The notes beneath the pieces are model-generated. The model was not told the DNA's origin and searched no databases. It saw nothing but the letters and a program-made list of their open reading frames with translations. Positions 6,648 through 16,400 of a stretch of DNA of 40,000 nt are shown here, piece after piece. Source of the stretch: Bacteroides phage DAC15; sequence record MT074136.1. One strand, given 5' to 3'. Position numbers and translations under genes: made by a program. The first letter of the stretch is position 1; each line of letters opens with the position of its first letter.

Positions 6648-6947
6648 ATGAAGAGTAGATTAAGATTCCCAGAGAAGAGAGCAGAAGAAGTGAAAGAAGA
6701 AGTTAATTCTAACACAACTGTGTTAGGTCCCCACTCATTAAGAGACCTGATGGTATTTGAGGCTGTTAGCAGATACAAGTCTGTAGCTAGACAGATGAGA
6801 AGAAATAAGGTTACTCAATTTGGTACTATGATACCTAAGAGACCCTTTAACAATAGAGCTAATACCTCTGGTAGAAAAGGTACTCACAGTAGGGTAAATA
6901 ATGAATATAAGAAAGAGATTTATGGAAGAATTAAAGCAGGACTATAA
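6648..6947 (+). CDS. hypothetical basic protein
   Basis: ORF in collinear dense gene block. Confidence 0.75.
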   Translation: MKSRLRFPEKRAEEVKEEVNSNTTVLGPHSLRDLMVFEAVSRYKSVARQMRRNKVTQFGTMIPKRPFNNRANTSGRKGTHSRVNNEYKKEIYGRIKAGL

Positions 6948-7119
6948 TGCTGAACCAGTAGAATACTGCACTCACTGTTTATCCTTAGCAATAAGAGATG
7001 TCAATGGGCAACCCTATTGTGATAAGTGTGGCTGCACTACAACAGCTAAAACTGACATACATACTTGGGAGAAGATGTATGGTCATATGTATGGTGGTAA
7101 ATATATAAATAAGAAATAA
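6901..7119 (+). CDS. small zinc-ribbon-like protein
   Basis: YCTHCLSLAIRDVNGQPYCDKCGCTT: CxxC...CxxC pair. Confidence 0.75.
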   Translation: MNIRKRFMEELKQDYNAEPVEYCTHCLSLAIRDVNGQPYCDKCGCTTTAKTDIHTWEKMYGHMYGGKYINKK

Positions 7120-7412
7120 TGGAGAAGGTAAATAAGGAAGAGGCTTGTGCTGTAAAAGAGTTTAGCACAGAAGAGTTAAGAGGTATGTTGCACCAAACAA
7201 GTGAGCAAGCAAGAAGCCTGTTTGATGAAAACAAGAAGCTCAGAAAGGTGGTTGAGGAGATGAACATGACTAATCTGTTTAAGAGATTAGACTATCTGTT
7301 TGCAGTGGTAAACAGTACTAGTGAGACATTCTCAACAGACTTCAAGAGACAATGTGCAGATGAGATTCAGAACATGATGTTTGCACCAGAACCAGAAGAA
7401 GAGAAGCAATAG
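7119..7412 (+). CDS. hypothetical coiled-coil protein
   Basis: Helical charged ORF in collinear block. Confidence 0.75.
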   Translation: MEKVNKEEACAVKEFSTEELRGMLHQTSEQARSLFDENKKLRKVVEEMNMTNLFKRLDYLFAVVNSTSETFSTDFKRQCADEIQNMMFAPEPEEEKQ

Positions 7413-7422
7413 GGAGGGTACT

Positions 7423-7803
7423 ATGGAAGTGGCAGCTAATAATGTAATTAGGATACCTACTTCACTTCAGATGTTCTTTAGATACTGGTATGAGTTTCTC
7501 AAGCCATTCCATAAGTTAACTGACAGAGAGATAGATGTAATCACAGCATTCACCTATAAGAGGCATCAACTGAGTAAGGTTATATCAGACCAAGAGATAC
7601 TTGATAAGGTGCTTATGTCAGAAGACACTAAGAAGAAGATAAGAGAGGAGTGTGATATAACACTAGCTTATTTTCAGGTCATTATGGGTAAGCTAAGAAG
7701 GAATAAGGTTATTATTGATAATAGGATTAACCCTAGGTTCATTCCTAATATCACAGAGGAGAATGGAGCATTCAAGTTAATGCTGTTATTTGATATAAAA
7801 TGA
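7423..7803 (+). CDS. conserved crAss-like phage hypothetical protein
   Basis: MEVAANNVIRIPTSLQMFFRYWYEFLKPFHKLTDREIDV...; start moved from 7381 to the ATG at 7423, preceded by AGGGAGGGT. Confidence 0.75.
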   Translation: MEVAANNVIRIPTSLQMFFRYWYEFLKPFHKLTDREIDVITAFTYKRHQLSKVISDQEILDKVLMSEDTKKKIREECDITLAYFQVIMGKLRRNKVIIDNRINPRFIPNITEENGAFKLMLLFDIK

Positions 7804-8081
7804 CCTACCAAGATGCATTAAAGCAGGTGGCTGATGATACTGGCATACCACTTGAAGTAGTTAAAAGAGCATATGAGTCTTACTGGTTATTTATCAGGAA
7901 GACTATAACAGACCTTCCTCTTAAGGAGGAACTGAGTGAAGAAGAGTTTAGTAAGTTAAAGACTAACTTTAATATCCCATCACTAGGCAAGTTAACTTGC
8001 ACTTATGATAGGATGCAGGGAGTAAGGAAGAGATTTGAATACATAAGGAAGTTAAGAGATGATAGTAGTAAAGAAAATTAG
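7800..8081 (+). CDS. hypothetical protein, possible HU/IHF-like DNA-binding fold
   Basis: TGIPLEVVKRAYESYWLFIRKTITDL...NFNIPSLGKLTCTYDR; pattern resembles IHF N-terminal helices plus beta arm; inference only. Confidence 0.5.
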   Translation: MTYQDALKQVADDTGIPLEVVKRAYESYWLFIRKTITDLPLKEELSEEEFSKLKTNFNIPSLGKLTCTYDRMQGVRKRFEYIRKLRDDSSKEN

Positions 8082-8505
8082 ACCAATGTTCACAGATGTA
8101 TATACAACTGCTGAGATGTTGGAAGAGAAAGATATGTATACCAGTAGTGGTTTGATTGACCCTACTAAGCAAAGAAGAACTATTAAAGAGTTCCAAAGAG
8201 TTATAGCTGTAGGACCTCATGTGAATGGTATAAATGTGGGTGATTTAGTATGTGTGAGCCCAACTAGATTTGGTAAACCATATCAGAAGAAGAACTCAAT
8301 AAATGCAGCTACTGAAGAGTATGAGACTATGGTTTCATATCAGTTTGATTTCATTGAAATTGATGGTGAGCCAGTCCTTAAACTACAGGATAGAGACATC
8401 AGTTATGTAGTTGAAGAGTACGAGGAAGTAGAGGACTTTAACCCCACTCCCACTATTGTAACTGAGGAGCAGTTAAGAGGTAAACCAAGCATTGAATTGA
8501 ATTAA
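8059..8505 (+). CDS. conserved phage protein with possible GroES-like beta-barrel segment
   Basis: IKEFQRVIAVGPHVNGINVGDLVCVSPTRFGK resembles the GroES barrel pattern; inference. Confidence 0.5.
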   Translation: MIVVKKIRPMFTDVYTTAEMLEEKDMYTSSGLIDPTKQRRTIKEFQRVIAVGPHVNGINVGDLVCVSPTRFGKPYQKKNSINAATEEYETMVSYQFDFIEIDGEPVLKLQDRDISYVVEEYEEVEDFNPTPTIVTEEQLRGKPSIELN

Positions 8506-8512
8506 TAATGGA

Positions 8513-8543
8513 GCCTGCTTGCAGAGATGTAGGCAGGCTTTTT
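8513..8543 (+). terminator. rho-independent terminator
   Basis: GCCTGCTTGC-AGAGAT-GTAGGCAGGC stem with wobbles, then TTTTT (8539-8543); lies within the listed 5' end of ORF 8508. Confidence 0.75.
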
Positions 8544-8555
8544 AGTTATATACAT

Positions 8556-9107
8556 ATGAGATTATTAAAGTTTGAATCATATACACTGACAGTAGAGCCT
8601 GAGGCACTATTAGTAAAGTCTATTAAGACTCTTTGGAATAGAGATAAGACTAGAAGCAAAGATAGGGCTCTTATGGAACTAGGTTATATCTACTTCATGG
8701 TAGACCCTAGAAGTACCTACTCTTATATAGCTGATTTAGATACAAGAGCAGCTAAGATTATTGATGAAGAAGGACTACCTAAAGGATGGAAGCCTGATAA
8801 GATTGTACTTGAAGCTATGAAGTCTTATGGTGATTCAGTTATAACTACATCATCAGAGCTTCTTGAAGATACTAAGGCAGCAGTTGCTAAACTAAGAAAG
8901 TACTTGAGGGAGTTTGATTTTAATGCTACAGATGACAAGGGTAAGCCTTTATACCCAATTAACACTTTCACCTCTGCTGTTAAGCAGGTTCCTGAACTAG
9001 CAGAGAACTTAATGAAGGCAGAGAAGGCTGTAGCACAAGAGATAGTTGAGAATAGTAAAATGAGAGGTCAAAGAGAAAAGAACATACTGGAGGATGGAGT
9101 AATATGA
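8556..9107 (+). CDS. conserved crAss-like phage hypothetical protein upstream of TerL
   Basis: MRLLKFESYTLTVEPEALLVKSIKTLWNRDKT...; start moved from 8508 to 8556, downstream of the terminator. Confidence 0.75.
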   Translation: MRLLKFESYTLTVEPEALLVKSIKTLWNRDKTRSKDRALMELGYIYFMVDPRSTYSYIADLDTRAAKIIDEEGLPKGWKPDKIVLEAMKSYGDSVITTSSELLEDTKAAVAKLRKYLREFDFNATDDKGKPLYPINTFTSAVKQVPELAENLMKAEKAVAQEIVENSKMRGQREKNILEDGVI

Positions 9108-9454
9108 GAATAGAGGATGCAGTTAATGCACTAAACCAGTATATATCTGAAGTTAGAAAAAAGAGAGACCTCAATGTTAATAGCTTTCTGGTGGTAAGAA
9201 GATGGGTCTCTCAAGCTGAGACTGGCTTTAAAGCATATAAAACAGCTCATGTTGAAATTAACTTGGTGGGTACTGAAAGACCTCAGAGGGTGATAACAGT
9301 GAACTATACTGGGAGAATTGTTTCAACAGAGGAAGAGATAGTGGTTAAGCATATTGAGGTGACTGCTCTGACTAAAATCTATGAGATCATTCAGACAGAC
9401 ATATTCAATCAATTAGTGGAGGGTACATATGAAAGTATTATACCAGACAAATGA
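9104..9454 (+). CDS. conserved hypothetical protein upstream of TerL
   Basis: ORF overlapping neighbours on both sides, as expected in the packaging operon. Confidence 0.75.
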   Translation: MRIEDAVNALNQYISEVRKKRDLNVNSFLVVRRWVSQAETGFKAYKTAHVEINLVGTERPQRVITVNYTGRIVSTEEEIVVKHIEVTALTKIYEIIQTDIFNQLVEGTYESIIPDK

Positions 9455-12400
9455 ATTTCAAACACCTATTACAGATGAACTATTAGAGGCATATCCTAAA
9501 GAGGTTAGGGATGAGTTCTTTGATGTGATAAACAATGTTGAGTTTATCAAGAGGCTAATCTCACCTAACAGACTAAGAGCTAAAGACTTACCTAGAGATG
9601 AGTCTGGTAAAATAATTGTAGATGTCATGAATCCTCATATACTTGAGGATATGGACTACTTCAGACAGACAGGTTTATACTTTCAGAAATATGGCAGATT
9701 CACAGGCTTAAGACCTAATGGTAACCCTAATTCTGAGTATATGAAGTGGCTTAGAATGGAAACACATAGATGCTGGTATGGCATGGTAAGACCAGAAGAT
9801 GGTGAATGGGTAACAGGTGAGATGTATTTCTACCTTAACTTCATGCCTATGGAACTTACTGAAAAGATTGAAGGTCAGGCTAAGGCTGTAAATAGAAAGA
9901 CATCTACTCCAAGACCTTGGGAAGGTTCTTATCTATGGTTCCACTATATACATCAAGCTAGATATGGAGGACTATATGATTGGGAAGGTGGTCATGATGC
10001 ATTACAGATAGCAACCAGAGGTGCTGGTAAAGCACATCCTTATAGTGAGTACATATATACACCAGAAGGTAAGAAGTTATGGGGAGATTTGGGTATAGGT
10101 GACTATGTATTTGGAGATGATGGTAAGCCTACTAAGATAGTAGATATACCCTTTGATGCTATTACTGATATATATGAGTTTACTCTTAAAGATGGTAGAA
10201 AGGTTAAATCATCTTCTGGACACCTTTGGAGAGTATTCAAGTATGGCAAAGAGAGGGTAGTATCAACTAAGGATATAGCAGATAAGTACTTTATAGATAG
10301 AAGCATATCTGAAAGAAATCCAACAGGTAGAGAGTACTTCTACCAAATACCTGTTAATAGTGCAGTAGAATATGCACAACAGGAGGTTGCAGTAGACCCT
10401 TATACATTTGGTTTACTGTTAGGTGATGGTAGTTTCAGACATCCTAAGTCTACTCTTGGTAGACTTACTGCATTGCCATCTGATATGGATATATATAAAA
10501 GATATATACCTTATGATGTATATCAACTTAGTCGTTCTACAGAGTGGTGTATTAAGATTCCTAAGTATAGAGAGTATCTAGTGAATACTGGCTTATATAT
10601 GAAGAAGTCTGAAGATAAGTTCATACCTAAAGAGTATCTATATAATACAAGGTTGGTAAGACTTAACTTATTGAAAGGCTTGATTGACTCTGATGGTACT
10701 GTAGATAATAGAGGCACATACAACATAAGCACTGCATCCAGTGCACTAGCTGAAGACATAACTGTGTTATGCAGAAGTCTTGGGTTCAACTGTAGAGTAA
10801 GTAAGAAGTCAGCAGGATATAAGAAAGATGGTTCTTATATTAGTTGTATGACATCTTACACAGTATTTATATATAGTAGCTGGATATTAACTAATCTTCC
10901 AAGGAAGCAGGCTAAACTTAAGGTTAAGACCACTAAGTATAGTAGGAGTAAGATAGACAGAACTACTATAGTTGATGTCAAGTTAGTAGGTAAGGAGAGA
11001 GCTAAATGTATAACAGTAGATAATGATTCTCACTGTTATTTGGTTAATGACTTTATAGTCACTCATAACTCATTCTCTTGTGCTTCTATGCTTGCTAGAT
11101 TATTCATATTAGGTGATAATGAGCATTATAATAAGAAGGTAAACTCCTTCATCATGGCATCTAACAAGGATACTTTGAGTAATAAGGATGGTACTCTTAA
11201 GAAGTTTGAGGCATGTATAGATGTGTGTGCTGAACATATGCAATGGCCTGCTAGTAGACTATACTCATCTCTAGATAAGATGGTATGGGAAATGGGTTAT
11301 ATTGACCCAGAGACTGGTGTAAAGAAGGGTACTAGAAATGGTACTTATGGTATCACTACTAATGATGATGCAGAGAAAGGTAGAGGTAGCAGAGGGGCTA
11401 AAATTATCTATGAAGAGATGGGTAGATTCCCTAAGTTCCAGACTGTATGGACTGTAAATGAACCTTCTGTAAGAGATGGTAAGGATGTTTGGGGGCAGAT
11501 GATTGGTATTGGTACTGGTGGTTCTGAAGGCTCAAATTTCTATGGTATCTTACAGATGATTTATAATCCAAAAGGTTATAATGTATATGCTCTGCCTAAC
11601 CTGTATGACAAGAATACTAATGGTGAAGGTAAGACTATATTCTTCTTTGGAGCATACTTGAACAGAGGTGGATACTATAATAAGGATGGTGTTTCAGATG
11701 TAGTAGCTACCATACTTGATATCCTCAAAGAAAGATATGATGTTAAGTATAATTCTACTGACCCTAACAGATTAACTCAGGTAGTTGCTGAAAGACCTCT
11801 GACTATTCAAGAGGCTATTATGAGGAAAGAATCTTCTATGTTCCCAGCTGCTCAGTTGAGTGATAGGAAGAATGAGATTGATGCTAATCCTCATATATTT
11901 GATGATGTATACACAGGTAGAATGACTGTTAAGAATGGTATACCTGAGTTTGTACCTTCAGATGTTAATATTATCAGAGAGTTCCCACATAAGGATAATA
12001 GACTAGATGGAGGTATAGAGATATATCAATTACCTAAGAAGAATAAAGATGGAGTGGTTCCAGCTAATAGATATATAGCAGGTACTGACCCTGTAGATGA
12101 TGATGCAGCTAAGGAGTCATTGTCACTCCAATCTACATTCATATTAGACTTGTGGACTGATGAGATAGTAGCTGAGTATACAGGTAGACCTACCTTCGCA
12201 GATGATTACTATGAGCAGCTAAGACTGCTGCTTATCTATTATAATGCAAAGGATAACTATGAGAATAATAAGAAGGGTCTGTTTGCTTACTTTAATAGAA
12301 TGAACTCACTGAGTTTGCTTAGTGATACTATTGGTTATCTTAAAGATAAGGAAGTAGTTAAGATGCCTTCTGTAGGTAATCAGAGTAAAGGTTTTGCAGC

Positions 12401-12761
12401 TAATAAGTTCATTAATGCCTATGCTAGATTGCTATATAGAAGCTGGCTGCTAGCACCAGTGACTCTGGTGAAGGAGATAGATGGGCAGGCTACTGAGATT
12501 ACCACCACAAGGCTTCATACATTAAAGGCTAGGGCTCTTATACAGGAATCTATTCAATGGGAGTCAATGGGTAACTATGATAGAATATCAGCTATTGGTG
12601 CTCTCATGTTATTGAGAGAGTATATGGTTATACAGTATCAGAATGACTTCAGTGAAGAGAGAACTGAGAGAGTACAGAAGAGCTATCTTGGCAATGACAA
12701 GTATTTTGAAAAGAACTATGAGAAGAGGCTTCAGAAGATGCACAGAAGCTACAATCAGTAA
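9429..12761 (+). CDS. terL: terminase large subunit, interrupted by an intein
   Basis: Extein ATRGAGK/SFSCASMLARLF (Walker A), AKIIYEEMGRFPKF (Walker B-like), VAGTDPVDDDAAKES (nuclease Asp motif); 1110 aa precursor. Confidence 0.95.
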   Translation: MKVLYQTNEFQTPITDELLEAYPKEVRDEFFDVINNVEFIKRLISPNRLRAKDLPRDESGKIIVDVMNPHILEDMDYFRQTGLYFQKYGRFTGLRPNGNPNSEYMKWLRMETHRCWYGMVRPEDGEWVTGEMYFYLNFMPMELTEKIEGQAKAVNRKTSTPRPWEGSYLWFHYIHQARYGGLYDWEGGHDALQIATRGAGKAHPYSEYIYTPEGKKLWGDLGIGDYVFGDDGKPTKIVDIPFDAITDIYEFTLKDGRKVKSSSGHLWRVFKYGKERVVSTKDIADKYFIDRSISERNPTGREYFYQIPVNSAVEYAQQEVAVDPYTFGLLLGDGSFRHPKSTLGRLTALPSDMDIYKRYIPYDVYQLSRSTEWCIKIPKYREYLVNTGLYMKKSEDKFIPKEYLYNTRLVRLNLLKGLIDSDGTVDNRGTYNISTASSALAEDITVLCRSLGFNCRVSKKSAGYKKDGSYISCMTSYTVFIYSSWILTNLPRKQAKLKVKTTKYSRSKIDRTTIVDVKLVGKERAKCITVDNDSHCYLVNDFIVTHNSFSCASMLARLFILGDNEHYNKKVNSFIMASNKDTLSNKDGTLKKFEACIDVCAEHMQWPASRLYSSLDKMVWEMGYIDPETGVKKGTRNGTYGITTNDDAEKGRGSRGAKIIYEEMGRFPKFQTVWTVNEPSVRDGKDVWGQMIGIGTGGSEGSNFYGILQMIYNPKGYNVYALPNLYDKNTNGEGKTIFFFGAYLNRGGYYNKDGVSDVVATILDILKERYDVKYNSTDPNRLTQVVAERPLTIQEAIMRKESSMFPAAQLSDRKNEIDANPHIFDDVYTGRMTVKNGIPEFVPSDVNIIREFPHKDNRLDGGIEIYQLPKKNKDGVVPANRYIAGTDPVDDDAAKESLSLQSTFILDLWTDEIVAEYTGRPTFADDYYEQLRLLLIYYNAKDNYENNKKGLFAYFNRMNSLSLLSDTIGYLKDKEVVKMPSVGNQSKGFAANKFINAYARLLYRSWLLAPVTLVKEIDGQATEITTTRLHTLKARALIQESIQWESMGNYDRISAIGALMLLREYMVIQYQNDFSEERTERVQKSYLGNDKYFEKNYEKRLQKMHRSYNQ
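10032..11069 (+). mobile_element. intein with LAGLIDADG (DOD) homing endonuclease, 346 aa, in-frame in terL
   Basis: N-terminal splicing block AHPYSEYIYTPEGKKLWGDLGIGDYVF, DOD motifs FGLLLGDGSF and LLKGLIDSDGTV, C-terminal block CYLVNDFIVTHN followed by Ser; excision restores GAGKS. Confidence 0.95.
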
Positions 12762-12806
12762 ATTTAGTAAATAATGTAAGTATGAGTAACTAATTCACTT
12801 ATGCAC

Positions 12807-12837
12807 TTGTGTAAGTGAATTAATTTACTTACTTTTG
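12807..12837 (+). promoter_or_regulatory. Bacteroidales-type promoter
   Basis: TTG 12807-12809, N20, TACTTTTG 12830-12837; overlaps hairpin 12791-12822. Confidence 0.8.
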
Positions 12838-12856
12838 CAGTGTTTAATAGAGATGT

Positions 12857-13618
12857 ATGGTAGGAGGAGAGAAGTATATAGTATATCTTCACATTAATAA
12901 GGCTAATGGTAAGGTGTATGTGGGAATAACACACCATACTAATCCTGAACTTAGGTGGAGAGGAGGCAGAGAGTATAGGAAGAATGTGGTGTTTACTAGA
13001 GCCATATCTAAGTATGGTTGGGAAGGGTTTAGCCATATAATTCTCTTTAGAAACTTACCCAAAGAAGCTGCTTGCAGAATAGAATCTAAACTTATAACCA
13101 GATATAGGAAAAGGAATCTCTGTTATAATGTAGCAGATGGTGGGCAAGGAGTATCCTCTATGAACTCTTATATAAGAAGTAAGATAAGTGAATCTTGTAG
13201 AGGTAGATTTATTGGAGACTCTAATCCAATGAGGAATCTTACAGATGAGCAGAGAAAGTTTCATTCTGAGAAGATGAAAAGAACTTGGGAAACTAAGAGA
13301 GACTTGATTCTTAAAAATCAAAAGGAAGGCCTTGAAAGAGCCAAAATGGGGGGTAGGTATGTAAATAAGAGACCAACCTTAACTGCTGAACAGAAAGATA
13401 AAATCTACTCTGCTGTAAGTAAAGCTAGGAGCGTACCAGTATTATGCTTTTCTGAGAATGGAGTATTTATTAGAAGATATAAATCATTGAGCGAAGCTAA
13501 TATGAGTTTTAATATAGACATAAAAGATTCAAATATATCTAGAGCATGTAGGGACTTTAATAAGACTGCTTATGGATATAGATGGAAATATGATAAGAAA
13601 GGGGATAAATATGGATAG
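12857..13618 (+). CDS. GIY-YIG homing endonuclease with NUMOD-type DNA-binding repeats
   Basis: YIVYLHINKANGKVYVGIT (GIY...YIG), DGGQG, NUMOD3-like SESCRGRFIGDSNPM, C-terminal NUMOD1-like FSENGVFIRRYKSLSEA. Confidence 0.9.
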   Translation: MVGGEKYIVYLHINKANGKVYVGITHHTNPELRWRGGREYRKNVVFTRAISKYGWEGFSHIILFRNLPKEAACRIESKLITRYRKRNLCYNVADGGQGVSSMNSYIRSKISESCRGRFIGDSNPMRNLTDEQRKFHSEKMKRTWETKRDLILKNQKEGLERAKMGGRYVNKRPTLTAEQKDKIYSAVSKARSVPVLCFSENGVFIRRYKSLSEANMSFNIDIKDSNISRACRDFNKTAYGYRWKYDKKGDKYG

Positions 13619-16019
13619 TCAATTCGCCAATTTCCCTAGACAGATGTTGCCATTTAGTCAGAAGACTAAGAAGTGGAGAAAGAACTGTGTTCTATGGGCT
13701 AATAATAAGACATTCTTTAATTATAGTCTTGTCAGAAAGTCTGTTATCCATAAGCAGATTAACTACAATCTCCTTAGAGGAAAGCTTAATATGCAGGATA
13801 TGCAACTAGTATTGAATCCTGATGACTTAGAGGCAGGATATATACCAGATAGAATACAGCACTATCCTATAATGAATAGTAAGCTGAATGTACTAAGAGG
13901 TGAAGAGTCAAAGAGAGTCTTTGATTTTAGAGTAGTTGTAACTAACCCTCTTGCCATCTCTGAAATTGAGAATAACAAGAAGGCAGAGCTGTTACAGAGA
14001 CTACAGGAGACTATTAGTGATACAGCTCAGAGTGAAGATGAATTCAATCAGGAACTGGAAAAGATTAATGACTACTATACATATGAGTGGCAAGACCTTA
14101 AAGAGATAAGAGCTAATGCTTTACTCAATCACTATATCAAGGAATATAACATTCCACTGCTGTTTAATGATGGCTTCATGGATGCTATGACTGTAGGTGA
14201 GGAGTTATACCAGTGTGATATAGTAGGAGGTGAACCTGTTATTGATAGACTGAACCCACTAAAGGTAAGAATCTTCAAATCTGGTTATAGTAACAAGGCT
14301 GAAGATGCAGATATTATCATACTTGAGGATTACTGGTCACCTGGAAGAGTTATTGATGCTTACTATGATGTACTGACTAAAAAGGACATTGAATATATAG
14401 AGTCTCTGCCTGATCATATAGGTCAGAATACAGTAGACAGTATGGGTAATATAGATGAGAGATACGGCTTTGTAAATGCTAGCATGATTGGTGATGAGAT
14501 CACCACTTCTGATGGCTTCTACTTTGACCCTGCTAATCTATTCCCAGACAGTGTAGGTTACTCACTGCTTCCTTATGACTTAGCTGGTAACTTAAGAGTG
14601 CTTAGAATATACTGGAAGTCAAAGAGAAAGATTAAGAAGGTTAAATCTTATAATCCTGAAACAGGTGAAGAGGAGTTTAACTTCTATCCTGAAGACTATA
14701 CTATAGATGTAACTAAAGGTGAAGAGGAATACTCCATGTGGATTAATGAAGCATGGGAAGGTACTATGATTGGTAATGAGATATTTGTTAATATGAGACC
14801 AAGGCTAGTGCAGTATAATAGACTCTCAAACCCATCAAGATGTCACTTTGGTATAGTGGGTTCAGTATATAACCTGAATCAAGGAAGACCCTTCTCATTA
14901 GTAGATATGATGAAGCCTTACAACTATCTGTATGATGTAATTCATGACAGGCTGAATAAGGCTATAGCTAATAACTGGGGCTCACTTGTAAGACTTGACT
15001 TAGCTAAGGTTCCATCTACTTGGGATGTAGACAAATGGATGTACTATGCTAAAGTTAATCACATCTTAGTTGAGGACTCATTTAAAGAAGGTAACTATGG
15101 TGCAGCTGCTGGTAAACTAGCTGGAGCTATGAACAATGCTTCTTCTGGTGGTATTTCACTGGACCAAGGTAATTACATACAGCAGTTAACTAACCTATTA
15201 GAGTTCATCAAGATGGAGATGGCTGAGGTTGCAGGCATCACTAAGCAAAGAGAAGGTCAAATATCTAATAGAGAAACAGTAGGTGGTGTTGAGAGAGCTA
15301 CTTTACAGTCTAGTCATATCACTGAATGGCTATTTATACAGCATGAGGATGTTAAGAAGAGAGTTCTTGAATGCTTCTTAGAGACAGCTAAGATTGCTCT
15401 CAAAGGAAGAAGCAAGAAGTTCCAATACATCTTATCAGATACATCTACCAGAATCATGGAAATAGATGGAGATGAGTTCTCAGAAGCTGATTATGGGCTG
15501 GTAGTAGATAATAGTAATGGTACTCAAGAGCTGAATAGCAAACTTGATACATTAGCGCAGGCTGCTCTACAGACTCAGACTCTTTCATTCTCTACTATTA
15601 CTAAGCTATATACCTCCTCTTCACTTGCTGAAAAGCAGAGACTGATTGAAAAGGATGAGCAGCAGATTAGAGAAAGACAGCAACAAGCTCAACAAGAACA
15701 ACTAGAGGCTCAGCAGAACATAGCTCAGATGCAGGCACAACAGAAGCAGGCAGAGTTGCAACAGAAAGAGCAAGCTAATATAAGGGATAATGAAACCAAG
15801 ATTATAGTAGCTCAGATGGGTAAATATGCTGGTGAGGAGACTAGTGAGGATATAGAGTTCAGTGAGGAAGCTAAAGCTAATCTACTTGAAAAGATAAGAG
15901 AGTTTGACCTAAAACTTAACTTAGACAAACAGAAGTTGAAGCTAGATAAGGAGAAGGTTAGAACCGATGCAAGACTTAAAGAGAAACAAATAAATAAGAA
16001 ACCAAGTAATACTAAATAA
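13611..16019 (+). CDS. portal protein
   Basis: Large Gln/Glu-rich protein directly downstream of terL, with crAss-like portal features (NYNLLRGKL, RIQHYPIMNSKLNVLRGEE, NLNQGRPFSLVDMMKPYNYLYDVI); ATG at 13611 overlaps the endonuclease stop by 8 nt. Confidence 0.88.
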   Translation: MDSQFANFPRQMLPFSQKTKKWRKNCVLWANNKTFFNYSLVRKSVIHKQINYNLLRGKLNMQDMQLVLNPDDLEAGYIPDRIQHYPIMNSKLNVLRGEESKRVFDFRVVVTNPLAISEIENNKKAELLQRLQETISDTAQSEDEFNQELEKINDYYTYEWQDLKEIRANALLNHYIKEYNIPLLFNDGFMDAMTVGEELYQCDIVGGEPVIDRLNPLKVRIFKSGYSNKAEDADIIILEDYWSPGRVIDAYYDVLTKKDIEYIESLPDHIGQNTVDSMGNIDERYGFVNASMIGDEITTSDGFYFDPANLFPDSVGYSLLPYDLAGNLRVLRIYWKSKRKIKKVKSYNPETGEEEFNFYPEDYTIDVTKGEEEYSMWINEAWEGTMIGNEIFVNMRPRLVQYNRLSNPSRCHFGIVGSVYNLNQGRPFSLVDMMKPYNYLYDVIHDRLNKAIANNWGSLVRLDLAKVPSTWDVDKWMYYAKVNHILVEDSFKEGNYGAAAGKLAGAMNNASSGGISLDQGNYIQQLTNLLEFIKMEMAEVAGITKQREGQISNRETVGGVERATLQSSHITEWLFIQHEDVKKRVLECFLETAKIALKGRSKKFQYILSDTSTRIMEIDGDEFSEADYGLVVDNSNGTQELNSKLDTLAQAALQTQTLSFSTITKLYTSSSLAEKQRLIEKDEQQIRERQQQAQQEQLEAQQNIAQMQAQQKQAELQQKEQANIRDNETKIIVAQMGKYAGEETSEDIEFSEEAKANLLEKIREFDLKLNLDKQKLKLDKEKVRTDARLKEKQINKKPSNTK

Positions 16020-16020
16020 T

Positions 16021-16395
16021 ATGAAGAGATTTAATGGTATAATTGAATCAGAATTTGCACCTGCATCCACAATGGACTTGTGGTTATTTAAGGGTAACCT
16101 TAAGTACTTTGGTCCTAAGGGGTGGACAGATATAAGCTCAGATGGGGGCTCTCAGTCATTAGCTCAAGTAGCATATACTGGAGATTATAATGACTTGATT
16201 AACCTTCCTTCTATACCTGATACTACTCCCATTACTGTACCAGCAGCAACTACAACTGTAGTTGGTGGAGTTAAGAAAGCAGCTGCTATGACTAGCCTGT
16301 CAGCAGATGCTGAACTAGCAACAGTAACAGCTAAGCTAAATGAGTTAATACAAAAACTAAAAGATGCAGGTACTCTTGATATACCTGTTAGTTAA
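16021..16395 (+). CDS. head fiber protein (Phage_fiber_2-like C-terminus)
   Basis: C-terminus VVGGVKKAAAMTSLSADAELATVTAKLNELIQKLKDAG matches the known head-fiber pattern. Confidence 0.75.
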   Translation: MKRFNGIIESEFAPASTMDLWLFKGNLKYFGPKGWTDISSDGGSQSLAQVAYTGDYNDLINLPSIPDTTPITVPAATTTVVGGVKKAAAMTSLSADAELATVTAKLNELIQKLKDAGTLDIPVS

Positions 16396-16400
16396 AACAT

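Noticed and set aside
9429-12761. Group I/II intron in terL
   Set aside because: The insert is continuously open and has protein-splicing motifs, so it is an intein and not an intron.
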